Shown: piece by piece, positions 25,650-35,264 of the stretch
How the letters are laid out: each line of letters opens with the position of its first letter
Numbering within the stretch: the stretch's first letter is position 1
Assembly: GCA_043811855.1 (NCBI GenBank)
Contig: JBDRMT010000039.1
Coordinates: 1-51,841 of the forward strand
Length of the DNA: 51,841 bases
Reading direction: 5' to 3'
Source: an archaeon
GTDB lineage: Archaea > Nanobdellota > Nanobdellia > Pacearchaeales > GW2011-AR1
Position numbers and translations under genes: made by a program
Notes under the pieces: generated by a model
Told to the model about the DNA's origin: nothing
Database searches by the model: none
Seen by the model: the letters and a program-made list of their open reading frames with translations, nothing else

Positions 25650-27443
25650 ATGGAGAAAAAGAGGAGTAAAAATATAATAGCATTTATATTGGTTTTTTTA
25701 GTAGTGGTTATCTTGTTAAGCAGTTTTTTAATAGCTCAGGAAACAACAGGTGAGTATGCTGCAACAACTCCTGAAGAATTGTTAACTAAATATAATAGTA
25801 ATGATCCTAATGATCAAAGTTTTATAATTACTAATTGGAAGGGATTTTCAAGTGAAACAAGAACAAAATTTTTAAGTGACTTGTCTGGGAAAACATTTGT
25901 AGATTTTGGAAGTAATGACCTTAAATTTGAATATGATATTGTTGGGAGTTATGCAAGTATTAGCGATGGAAATATCAAGATTAATTTGAATAGAGATAAA
26001 TTAAATGAAAATATTGTTTCTATTACTTATGTTACAAAAACTATTGATAGTGAAAGCAGGTTAGTTTATGAGTTTGATAAAGGAAAAATTTCAATAGGTT
26101 CTGGAGAAGTAGATAAGGATTTAAGATATACAAATAAAAATGTTCCAACAAGTTTAGAAGATAAAGGTAAAATGTTGCTTATGATTGGAGAAGGTGGAAA
26201 TATTGATATTGATTTTGAAGGAAAAATTTCCTTTAGTAAGGATGATAAAGTGATAGTTGGAAATAGGGAGTTTTTGGTAAATGATAAATCTGAATCAAGT
26301 TCAATTGAGGTTGTTGAGGGAAGTTATTTTAGAGGAGATAATTTATTAGTTAGTACTGATGTTGTTGATATTAAAACTCCTGCTGGAAAATCAACTGATT
26401 TGATTTTTAAAGAAGGAGATTATAAAAAACTTGATAGTTATGTTCAAGTTTTTGATTCTGAAATTAAAGAAGGAGACGAAATTAAAAAATATTTAAATTT
26501 TAATGGCGAAGATATTGATATTAAATTAAAAAAAGAAGGAATGGGAGATAACAAGGTTTATATTGAGGGTGAAGGAAAAGGAAAAGGAGTAAAGATAATT
26601 AATGGAGAAGCTGTAACTGTTAGGAAAAGTGATGATAAAGGCAATCAAATATGGAATTATGAACGTGTTTATAAAAAAACAGATATTGATACTGTTTATA
26701 AGGTTAGTTCTGATAAAGTTATTGAAACAACAGATGGCGTTATAAGAGTTATTTCTAGTAAGGGGGAGTATCATTGTTATGGTCCTGATTGTATTTTGAA
26801 TACTGGTGCAAGGGTTATTAATGCTGAAATAGGGGTTCATGAAGATCATAAAAAACTTAAGAAATTATCCTTAGAAGAGTTTAAGCAAGAAATAGATAAA
26901 TATCCCAAGGAAATAAAGACTATTACATTATTAGGGGGAGATTTAGAAAAGATTGATGAAATAACTGGAAAAAGTGAATCTTATTTATCAACCAAAGATC
27001 AGATTGTTTATAAAGCACATGGTTATATCCTGAAAAAAGATTTAATAGATGGGCATATTGAGAATGCAGTAAAATATAAGTTAAGTGAATTAGATAGAAA
27101 AGTTTTAAGAGAAGTTTTAACTAAAACATTTACAGATTCAGATTATCCCCCCTATACTGAGATTATCTTAAAAACAGGAGATTATAGTTTAGATAAAGGT
27201 TATTTTGATAATCCTTTAGTGAGTATTAGAAGATATATTGGAACTAATATAGAAAAAGGTTGGGTATTTAGTCATGTTGTTTATGAAGAAAATCAGTTTC
27301 AAAAACCTAGTGCAGTAAAAATTTTAGATGAAAACGAGAAAAGAGTTTTTACAGAATATCTGAGATTAGGCACTTCATATGTTGATCCAGATACAAAAAT
27401 TTCTAAAAAAGAAGAATGGTATCAAAAACTAAATAACCCTTGA
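25650..27443 (+). CDS. Secreted large protein 'L-C'; function unknown
   Basis: 597 aa. It has the signal or anchor NIIAFILVFLVVVILLSSFLIAQE, in the same operon as P2 and L-B. Confidence 0.85.
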   Translation: MEKKRSKNIIAFILVFLVVVILLSSFLIAQETTGEYAATTPEELLTKYNSNDPNDQSFIITNWKGFSSETRTKFLSDLSGKTFVDFGSNDLKFEYDIVGSYASISDGNIKINLNRDKLNENIVSITYVTKTIDSESRLVYEFDKGKISIGSGEVDKDLRYTNKNVPTSLEDKGKMLLMIGEGGNIDIDFEGKISFSKDDKVIVGNREFLVNDKSESSSIEVVEGSYFRGDNLLVSTDVVDIKTPAGKSTDLIFKEGDYKKLDSYVQVFDSEIKEGDEIKKYLNFNGEDIDIKLKKEGMGDNKVYIEGEGKGKGVKIINGEAVTVRKSDDKGNQIWNYERVYKKTDIDTVYKVSSDKVIETTDGVIRVISSKGEYHCYGPDCILNTGARVINAEIGVHEDHKKLKKLSLEEFKQEIDKYPKEIKTITLLGGDLEKIDEITGKSESYLSTKDQIVYKAHGYILKKDLIDGHIENAVKYKLSELDRKVLREVLTKTFTDSDYPPYTEIILKTGDYSLDKGYFDNPLVSIRRYIGTNIEKGWVFSHVVYEENQFQKPSAVKILDENEKRVFTEYLRLGTSYVDPDTKISKKEEWYQKLNNP

Positions 27444-27961
27444 TTAGAATCATGTTTTTCTAAAAGATTAAAATAAACTAAGTCTTTTTCTGTAAGTTTA
27501 TTAAAATCTATCCAAGGATATTGTTTTTTAATTTCAACATCTAAATCAGTTAGTTTTACTCCTGCTATTGAATGGGTATCTTTATTAGGTATTTTTATTT
27601 TTAAATCATCTTTAGGATATTGTTCTTGCATTTCAGGTCCACATTCATAAGTACAGGTAGTTATTTGTTTAAGTGCAGGACTTGCATTTTTCCAATAAGC
27701 ATCAAGGTTTTCTTTGTCTTTTTTACTCATTTTAGCAAGTTTTTCTTCACCTAAAACTTGTTTAAAATGCTCTAATTCTGGTTTTTCGCCAGCTTCATAT
27801 CTTTCATAAAATGAAGGTTTATAAGAACTATTATCATTACAACCTAAAGCTGAAGATCCAACATAACCAGCTGTTAAGACTCCAACTGCTCTTTTAAGAA
27901 CATCTCTACGAGTAATATTACCTTGTTTTTCATTTGCTATTTCTTCTAAACTTTCTCTCAT
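27422..27961 (-). CDS. Putative Tat-exported lipoprotein
   Basis: 179 aa. It has a twin-arginine motif TRRDVLK, the h-region RAVGVLTAGYVGSS, and a lipobox ALGC. Confidence 0.6.
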   Translation of the reverse strand: MRESLEEIANEKQGNITRRDVLKRAVGVLTAGYVGSSALGCNDNSSYKPSFYERYEAGEKPELEHFKQVLGEEKLAKMSKKDKENLDAYWKNASPALKQITTCTYECGPEMQEQYPKDDLKIKIPNKDTHSIAGVKLTDLDVEIKKQYPWIDFNKLTEKDLVYFNLLEKHDSNQGLFSF

Positions 27962-28114
27962 TTTTTGTTGTTTTATGTGTTATTTTCTTAATTTATAGGG
28001 GGAATTATACCTTATAAACTCTTTGTTTGTATAAACTGTTTAGTGATAACAAATAGAAAGATTTATAAATGTAGATATATAGAAATTTATATAGTAAATA
28101 GTATTAATTATAAT

Positions 28115-28801
28115 ATGAGATTAATTGATAGATTAAGTAATAGAAAAGCAGGAAGGATTGTACGTGATGGTCTTACTGGTTTAGCTTTGTTAGGTGTATT
28201 TGGTAGTAATTATTGTGCTAGTTCTTATTCTGCCCAAGAAGGTAGACCTGTTCCTGTTAAAGAAACAGAAAAAAGTCCTTCTATTGATTATGTTCCTGGA
28301 AAAACACCTGATTTAGATGAAGTTAGGCTTTATACTGGAAAATTTAGTGAAAAAGATGAAAAAAGATTAAACTTATTAGTTAAAGAAAAAGGGATTAGTT
28401 ATAATTCTAAGAAAGGTTATGTGATTATTACTCCAGAAAATATAGAACTTAGAGAATTGTATAAAAGTTTTAAACATCTTGCTATAATGACAAGAATAGG
28501 TGAAGATTGGAAAACTACTTTAGAAGAGAAAGAATACGTTAGAGAACATGCTCCTGATTTATATAAAGAATTGTATGAGCCAATTAAAGGGCCAAAACAA
28601 GGAAATAAAAAGAAAAAATCAAATTCTAAAAATCCAGGTACTTCTTCAAAAGTAAGATTGAAGTTTAAATCACTTCAAAGATCTCAAATTGAAGCAGAAT
28701 CAGGTAAAATAAGTATCGAGCTTCTTAACGGAATATTTAATGCAGGTGAGCAATTTTTAAAAAATCAAAAAAAGGCTTCTAGCAATTGTAATAAAAAATA
28801 A
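28115..28801 (+). CDS. Secreted/lipoprotein-like hypothetical protein with a Lys-rich C-terminus
   Basis: I start it at the ATG at 28115 (MRLIDRLSNRKAGRIVRDGLTGLALLGVFGSNYCASS). The track starts at a GTG at 28043. Confidence 0.55.
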   Translation: MRLIDRLSNRKAGRIVRDGLTGLALLGVFGSNYCASSYSAQEGRPVPVKETEKSPSIDYVPGKTPDLDEVRLYTGKFSEKDEKRLNLLVKEKGISYNSKKGYVIITPENIELRELYKSFKHLAIMTRIGEDWKTTLEEKEYVREHAPDLYKELYEPIKGPKQGNKKKKSNSKNPGTSSKVRLKFKSLQRSQIEAESGKISIELLNGIFNAGEQFLKNQKKASSNCNKK

Positions 28802-28803
28802 TT

Positions 28804-31533
28804 TTAATGCATATAATAATTAGGTGAATAAACCTGGTATCCTGAGGGTGAGGAGGGATTAGATATTTTTTGTTTTACTAATGTTTTAACAGTAGATTCA
28901 ATTCCATATTTGATTGCATCTGCATTTCTTTTTGCATATAAACTTTGACTTATTCCTTGGTAATATCCTCCATAAACATTAATTCCAATAGATCTCCCAA
29001 ATCTAGTATCACGAGGGTTAATATAAAAATTACCATTATTATCTATTCCACCTGAACCTGCAATAACAGGCAAGACATTTCCAATAAGAGGTCCTGCAAT
29101 AGGATTAATATTATAAGTATTTCCACCTGCTCTTATTTGGTATACATTGTTGCTTGCATCTTTTGTAAATTGCAGATAATTACTCGGGTTAGCTTTAATA
29201 AAACTTCCAATATTGCTTAGTTCTTGTTTAACAAATGAACTTACATCTGATAATCCAATCCCTTGTTCTGCTAGTTGTCCTTGCAAATTTTTATTATTTA
29301 ATACTGTATCTGTTGTAATTTGTCTTATTATATCATTATTAAATTGTGTTTGTCCTCCTGAAAAAGAACTTAAAGAACTGCTTAATCTGCTTGATGTAAC
29401 TGATAAATCTATATTTCCTGAATTTAATACTTGATTATATTTTACATAAAGACTATCTCTAAGTTGGGTTAATTCTTTTCTTTCTTTGTCTGACCATCCA
29501 TCTTGTTGATATTGATAATATAATTTTCTATATTCTTCATTAGCTTGTGCTTCATAAGCTTTAGCTAATGCAATAGAATTACTATCAACCTTATAATCTG
29601 CAGTTAATACATTTTCATAACTTCCTTTATAACCACTATCACCCCAAAATAAAAACCTGTAACCATAACTTACTCCTCCTCCAGCATCAACTTTATATTC
29701 TCCTTTTACACTTTGAAGATCAGTTAAACCCCTAATCCATTTACCATTAGAATTCATATTTACTCCCACTACATTAAGGTTTCCATATTGGTCTGAAAAA
29801 ATATTAATTGCTTGCATTTCATTGAAATTTTTATTAAGAAGATTAAAATTAATATCCTGAAATGAAGTTTCTTTATTATTAATTTTTGCAGGCAGAACAT
29901 ATCCATATGAATTTGCTTGGGCGATATTAACTAGTTTTCCATACGAATCAGTAATTTGTAAACTTCCACCATACATTTCAATATTTTTTAATTTTTTTGC
30001 ATCTTGATTATTTAATTGAATATATAATATTGCTTCAGGATGTTGATTTAAACTACTTAATAATGGATTGTTTAAATTTTTTGAAATAGAGTCAACAGTA
30101 TTGCTAAATGTATTTGCTAAATCTCCTGTAGCACCCACTCCTATGTTTGCATGTCTTAAGACTTTATCTATTACAAATAATCCACCTTCAGAGGTTAGTG
30201 ATTTGATAAGGGGATGTTCTTGAGGCAGGCCAAGTTCTGAAGCAAATTCTGATTTTATTTTTCCTTCTATTGTTTCTAAAGCACTTTTTGCTAAATCAAT
30301 TCCAAATCCAAGCCTTTCTGCAGTTGCAACTGCATTTCGAGCAGTAGTTAGGCTTGATTTAGCAAGCTGAATTTTGCCACTAATACCTGAAATTTTTTCA
30401 TTTAATTTACCCATATAAGAATTAATTTCATTAAATTTTGTTTTAGTATCTCCTAAAGCTCCTCCAGAAACTCTTTCTACATCAGCTTTAGTTATTAGAT
30501 TAGTTTCTAAATCAATCATGATTTTTGATCCTTTTGCTTTATCATAACTTTCGCTATCATAAGTTACTGTAAAGTCTTTTCCAAAAAAATATTTTGAACC
30601 TTCTTTATTTTTATACATATTATTTATTTTTGTTAATTTACCCTTTGAATCAAAAGTAAGTTCACCATCTTTAAGAGCATATAATAGATTCCCTTTATTG
30701 TCATACTCTCCATTAGGATGTCTAAAAACTGAATAAGATTCTTTTTTCGAGTTAGTAAATTCTGCAAAGTTTGTATTATCATTTGCAATACCATCTTTGT
30801 TTTTACCATATTCAAAACTTAATTTAACTTCATTAGTTGATGCATCTATTTTTAAACTTCCTAATCCATTCCATTTTCCTGAAAAAGGATCTTTTTGATC
30901 TACTAATCCATTTTCTCCTACTCTTCCAATTTGCCCTGAGTCTGGATTAAAATAAAAACCTTTTTGAGATTGATCAACTGTTAGGTCTAGAGTGTTTCCA
31001 TTTTGTTTTTTGAAAACTAAAGAACTCGTGCTTCCTTCTTTTTTATATTCAATTGAGGTTATTTTGTTATTCGGATTCTTTTTATTGAACTCTACAACCT
31101 TATCCATTTGGAAAAATCCCTTGCTATTTCCAATGACATTTTTATCTCCAAAAAGAACTGCTTCATTACCCATATTTTTAAAATCTACATTATAATGTTT
31201 TCCATAATTTTGCATAAATGAGTTTTTATCTTGTTCACTTAATCCTTCTAAAAGTGCTCTTTTTTGATCTGTAGTTAAATCCTTTTTCCATTGATTCCAA
31301 AATTCTTTTGTGTCAGAGTTAATATTAGAAATAATTTGTGATTTTTGTTCTGGAGATAGGTTTTCAAGATTCTTTATTAATTCTGGACTTAAAACTCCAT
31401 TATCTTCTAAAGTAAGTAATCCATCTCTAAGATCTTCATCATCATAAGTTGCATTAACTAAACTTAAACATAAGATTATGCTTATTGCAATTAATACTAG
31501 AATATTTTTATTGTTCATTGAAACTTGATACAT
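28804..31533 (-). CDS. Secreted large protein 'L-F'; function unknown
   Basis: 909 aa. It has the signal peptide NILVLIAISIILCLSLVNA|TYDD and overlaps the 3' end of P3. An alternative start is the Met at 31518. Confidence 0.85.
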   Translation of the reverse strand: MYQVSMNNKNILVLIAISIILCLSLVNATYDDEDLRDGLLTLEDNGVLSPELIKNLENLSPEQKSQIISNINSDTKEFWNQWKKDLTTDQKRALLEGLSEQDKNSFMQNYGKHYNVDFKNMGNEAVLFGDKNVIGNSKGFFQMDKVVEFNKKNPNNKITSIEYKKEGSTSSLVFKKQNGNTLDLTVDQSQKGFYFNPDSGQIGRVGENGLVDQKDPFSGKWNGLGSLKIDASTNEVKLSFEYGKNKDGIANDNTNFAEFTNSKKESYSVFRHPNGEYDNKGNLLYALKDGELTFDSKGKLTKINNMYKNKEGSKYFFGKDFTVTYDSESYDKAKGSKIMIDLETNLITKADVERVSGGALGDTKTKFNEINSYMGKLNEKISGISGKIQLAKSSLTTARNAVATAERLGFGIDLAKSALETIEGKIKSEFASELGLPQEHPLIKSLTSEGGLFVIDKVLRHANIGVGATGDLANTFSNTVDSISKNLNNPLLSSLNQHPEAILYIQLNNQDAKKLKNIEMYGGSLQITDSYGKLVNIAQANSYGYVLPAKINNKETSFQDINFNLLNKNFNEMQAINIFSDQYGNLNVVGVNMNSNGKWIRGLTDLQSVKGEYKVDAGGGVSYGYRFLFWGDSGYKGSYENVLTADYKVDSNSIALAKAYEAQANEEYRKLYYQYQQDGWSDKERKELTQLRDSLYVKYNQVLNSGNIDLSVTSSRLSSSLSSFSGGQTQFNNDIIRQITTDTVLNNKNLQGQLAEQGIGLSDVSSFVKQELSNIGSFIKANPSNYLQFTKDASNNVYQIRAGGNTYNINPIAGPLIGNVLPVIAGSGGIDNNGNFYINPRDTRFGRSIGINVYGGYYQGISQSLYAKRNADAIKYGIESTVKTLVKQKISNPSSPSGYQVYSPNYYMH

Positions 31534-32362
31534 TAAAATTTAATTCAAAGTCAGATGGATCATTTTCATAGTTTATGTTATTTTCAACAGGTAGCATATT
31601 TATTTCTTCAAGATCCTTAGTAGCACTTAATGCAAAATTATAAAATCTTGGATAATTTTCTTCTTTTATATCATAAATTGTAACAATCAACATGTTATTT
31701 AGTGAGTCATCAAATTCTACAATTAGTTCATAGTCTATTGCTATTTCTTGAATGCAACTTATACAGACTGATTCTTTATTAATATCATAAGAAAATGCAA
31801 TATAAGATGCAAGGGAATTTATACCATATAATTTAGATTTAATATTTATTGTTGAATCACTAAAGTCTATTATGTTTGTTGAATTATCTTGAGTTAGTAT
31901 TAAATTTAAATTATTAATTATGTTTATGTTACCTTCTGAAATACTTATATTAGATAATGAATAAGAATAATCATATTCAACAATGTCTGTATCTATTAAT
32001 TCAAAACAATTATTTTTTTTAGAATCTATATATAGAGCTATTTGTTCTTGTATTAGAATAATTTCTGGAATATATTCTAATTCTCCAAAATAATAAAATG
32101 GAATAGAATTTAAATCATTTTTCAAATACATACTTAATGGTTCATAAAAATAACCTCCTTGTAAAGAAACTGTATTTATTGCTTCTTTATGTAATTCTTC
32201 AAAACAATCTCTTACTTGATTATCAATAATTTCTGTTTGTTTTTTAAAACTAAGGGTTGAAATGTCATCTGGATTAGAATTATTATATATAATAAAAAAT
32301 ACTATAACAGCTACTATGACAATTGCTATTATTATGAATATTGTTGTCTGCCCCTTTTTCAT
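31508..32362 (-). CDS. P3: class-III signal peptide protein, same family as P1
   Basis: 284 aa. It has MKKGQTTIFIIIAIVIVAVIVFF, DCFE, SLQGGYFYEP, SIPFYYF, NCFEL and CISC. Confidence 0.8.
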   Translation of the reverse strand: MKKGQTTIFIIIAIVIVAVIVFFIIYNNSNPDDISTLSFKKQTEIIDNQVRDCFEELHKEAINTVSLQGGYFYEPLSMYLKNDLNSIPFYYFGELEYIPEIILIQEQIALYIDSKKNNCFELIDTDIVEYDYSYSLSNISISEGNINIINNLNLILTQDNSTNIIDFSDSTINIKSKLYGINSLASYIAFSYDINKESVCISCIQEIAIDYELIVEFDDSLNNMLIVTIYDIKEENYPRFYNFALSATKDLEEINMLPVENNINYENDPSDFELNFNVSSFNEQ

Positions 32363-32415
32363 AAAGTAAATAAATAAAAGGATTATATAAATTTAATGAA
32401 TTAGTTAGAAATAAT

Positions 32416-34392
32416 TTAATATTCATAAACAGGTTCATATTCTTTAAGTTGGAAGTTATTTGTCATCACACTATTTATATCTTTAACAGGCATCCAAATG
32501 TCTTGACTTTCACGATATTTAAAAAATTGACCTTTTATAAATGCTACTCTTGTTCCACTAGTTAGAGTATATGAATAATCTGCATTACCTAAATTTTTAG
32601 TTTCTGTCTTTCCATTTTCCCTAACTTTAACTTTAATATTTTCATGAGTTTCTAAAGATGTTGAAAGATCTTCTCCTATAACTTGTCCATAATATGTTTT
32701 TAACATTTCGCTTTGTTTTATTTTTTCACCACTAGTAATTATTGAATTTTTTATTTCTTTTTTTATTCCTGTTTCAGAAACAGTTTCAAGCTGAACACCT
32801 GAAGTTGTACTTTCTAGTGCTATTCTTGTTTCTCCCAGAGTTGTAGGAATTTCTGTTTGTTCTTGCATTTTTTGAGGGCTACTATCCATAACCTCTCTTA
32901 CTTCTGGGCTGATTGATCTTTCACTGCCTCCTGTTGATATTGTTTTTCTAGGTTCTTCAGATGGTGCATCTTCTTGATTAGTAACAAGAGTAAATTCTTC
33001 AGTTCTATCTACATTAACATAATCTTCTTCATCTATATCTTCATCATAAAGAGTAATTATTGGTTCTTGATTTTTTTTGATGGTTACATCATTTTCACCA
33101 ACACTTAAACTATTTTCTTTTCCAACATTAAATTTTATACCTTTACTTGCTAATCTTTCATCTATCTTTGTACTGACTATTCCTTTGATAGCTACCCCAT
33201 CTTCATATATTGATTTATCTGTAATACTTATAACTCTTTCACCATCCTGAGCTATGTAATCTCCTGTTAGATATTTTCCATTTAAATCTAAAGTTGCTAT
33301 TCCATCAAGTTCTATATCTGGTATTTTAACACCCTCTATAGTGCTTCTTAGTGCTGCATTTTTACCTCTAACCCTCATTATTCCATCTTCTATCATACTA
33401 ACCTCAAAAAATCCTTGTTTTTTAGCAGTGATAAAAGAATTATCTAAATCTATTATTGCATCTCCCCATCCTTTTATACTATTTTTTTCAATAAAGACTA
33501 TACCTTTTGCTCCTAAATCAACCCTTATATCTCTTTCTATGCCATCTTTACCTATGTTTCCTTTTGCAACCCAGTCTTTGTTTTCTTTCATTTCAAGATA
33601 AGTTCCAGGATTAGCTGCCATATATCTATCATTGTCTATTTCGTAAGTCATATAAGAACCTTCAGAAGCATCTACAAGACCAATACGTTTTATATTCATT
33701 GGGACATTTTTTAATGGAAGAATATGTTCTTTTCCTGAAGAATCTGTTATAATCATTCTTTCAAAATCATTATCATTCTTATATTGTAATTTTATGTTTT
33801 TTGATATTTGACTTCCATCAGGATTTAGGAGATAAACATTTTTATCCATTAATGATGATAAGAATTCTTGTTTTTGTACATTATCTATTTTGTTTAATAA
33901 TTGTTCACTTTCTAGAATTTCTAGAAATTCTTGAGTTCTTGAAACTGCAAAAGGGTCTGAAGATATTCCTTTATCAGATTCTTTTGTTATTTCAAGTATT
34001 TTTTTTAGATTATTTCCTGCATTTTCAATATTTCCAGATTCTTTCATTTGTTGAATTATTATTTTTTTATAATCTTTTCCTATTGCAGTATAAAAGGCAG
34101 TTTTATCTTTAAGAGTTAGTTCTTTATTATTTATAACTTCTTGAAAAAGGTCATGTTTTTTTTGATGGCTGATTTGTGCAAATTGATCATCTAACCAATA
34201 AACATCTTGAGGAGCATTATTCTTAACTTTACTAACAATTAATTCTAAATTTGTCTGAGATAATTCACCATTAACAAGCCAGGTATTAGAATCATCTAGA
34301 TTAAAATTAGGATTTGTCTCGCTATTAACAACTACAAAGCTAGTTAAAAGTATTAGAGATATTATGGTTATTAAAAAAATTCTTTTTATCAT
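32416..34392 (-). CDS. Secreted large protein 'L-G'; function unknown
   Basis: 658 aa. It has the signal or anchor MIKRIFLITIISLILLTSFVVV and an ATGA overlap with the P4 stop. It shares an N-terminal motif with L-B. Confidence 0.85.
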   Translation of the reverse strand: MIKRIFLITIISLILLTSFVVVNSETNPNFNLDDSNTWLVNGELSQTNLELIVSKVKNNAPQDVYWLDDQFAQISHQKKHDLFQEVINNKELTLKDKTAFYTAIGKDYKKIIIQQMKESGNIENAGNNLKKILEITKESDKGISSDPFAVSRTQEFLEILESEQLLNKIDNVQKQEFLSSLMDKNVYLLNPDGSQISKNIKLQYKNDNDFERMIITDSSGKEHILPLKNVPMNIKRIGLVDASEGSYMTYEIDNDRYMAANPGTYLEMKENKDWVAKGNIGKDGIERDIRVDLGAKGIVFIEKNSIKGWGDAIIDLDNSFITAKKQGFFEVSMIEDGIMRVRGKNAALRSTIEGVKIPDIELDGIATLDLNGKYLTGDYIAQDGERVISITDKSIYEDGVAIKGIVSTKIDERLASKGIKFNVGKENSLSVGENDVTIKKNQEPIITLYDEDIDEEDYVNVDRTEEFTLVTNQEDAPSEEPRKTISTGGSERSISPEVREVMDSSPQKMQEQTEIPTTLGETRIALESTTSGVQLETVSETGIKKEIKNSIITSGEKIKQSEMLKTYYGQVIGEDLSTSLETHENIKVKVRENGKTETKNLGNADYSYTLTSGTRVAFIKGQFFKYRESQDIWMPVKDINSVMTNNFQLKEYEPVYEY

Positions 34393-35222
34393 ACTAGTGG
34401 TGGTGGAGTAGGAGTATTTCCTTGAGTTTCAGATAAAGGTGTTACTTCGTTTCCTGTGTATCTATTTAAAAACTCAAAACTATAAGGTTCTGATGAGATA
34501 TGATTTTCTGATATTACAATTAGCATTTCATTTTCTTGGAAATTTATTATATCTACATAAAGCTCATTTTCTTCTGCCATTTCACTAACACAAGTAATAC
34601 AATACATTGAAGGATCTTGTTTATGGGTTTCTGTTATATAATCTGCAATATTTAATATAGCAGATAGTTCTGATGGTATTATTACTGGATAATCTGCTGT
34701 TTCGTAAACAATAGAGTGTTTATCTTTTTTAATTTTTATAGGAAGATCTATTTCAAATAAAACTTGCTCATCTTCAATAGTTGTTTTTGATCTTGCCTTT
34801 GTATATTCTAATTCAAATCCTTCTGATGAAACTGATTTTATACAGTTTGTTATTTCTTTTTCATTAAATTTTGAAAGTTCAATTTCAACTTCTTGTTTTG
34901 AAGGCATTAGATATCGTCCTTGATTATAATAATAAGGGATAAATGTCCATCCTAAATCAAAGTAATCTTTTGAATTTAATGGTCTTTCATAAAGTCCTCC
35001 TTGAATTCCTATTGTTTGTAAAGATTCTTTAGAAGCAGATTCAAGGCAATTTTGTATATTTATTTGAACAGAGTTTAGAGATGATTTAATTTCTGAACTT
35101 GAAAAGAATTCTTTAGCAACATCTGTTTTTTTATTTTGAACAATAATATAGCTTGTTCCTGCAACAGCTGCAAAAATAACTATTGCTATTATGATAAATA
35201 CTGTTGTCTGCCCCTTTTTCAT
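34389..35222 (-). CDS. P4: class-III signal peptide protein, same family as P1
   Basis: I start it at the ATG at 35222 (MKKGQTTVFIIIAIVIFAAV). The track starts at a TTG at 35231. It has NCLE, GIQGGLYERP, FIPYYYN, NCIKS, CITC and a Pro-rich C-terminus TPTPPPLV. Confidence 0.8.
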   Translation of the reverse strand: MKKGQTTVFIIIAIVIFAAVAGTSYIIVQNKKTDVAKEFFSSSEIKSSLNSVQINIQNCLESASKESLQTIGIQGGLYERPLNSKDYFDLGWTFIPYYYNQGRYLMPSKQEVEIELSKFNEKEITNCIKSVSSEGFELEYTKARSKTTIEDEQVLFEIDLPIKIKKDKHSIVYETADYPVIIPSELSAILNIADYITETHKQDPSMYCITCVSEMAEENELYVDIINFQENEMLIVISENHISSEPYSFEFLNRYTGNEVTPLSETQGNTPTPPPLV

Positions 35223-35264
35223 GAACAACAAAAGATAATTATACTTATAAATTTATCTAAAAAC

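Noticed and set aside
26526-26849. 107-aa minus-strand ORF inside L-C
   Set aside because: It is an antisense shadow ORF with an Ile/Asn/Phe-rich product.
29213-31195. ORFs 29213-29434 (+), 30633-30815 (-, other frame) and 30992-31195 (+) inside L-F
   Set aside because: They lie within the continuous 909-aa CDS and are short, with no motifs.
33341-34112. ORFs 33341-33601 (+) and 33801-34112 (+) inside L-G
   Set aside because: They are antisense shadow ORFs with hydrophobic low-complexity products.
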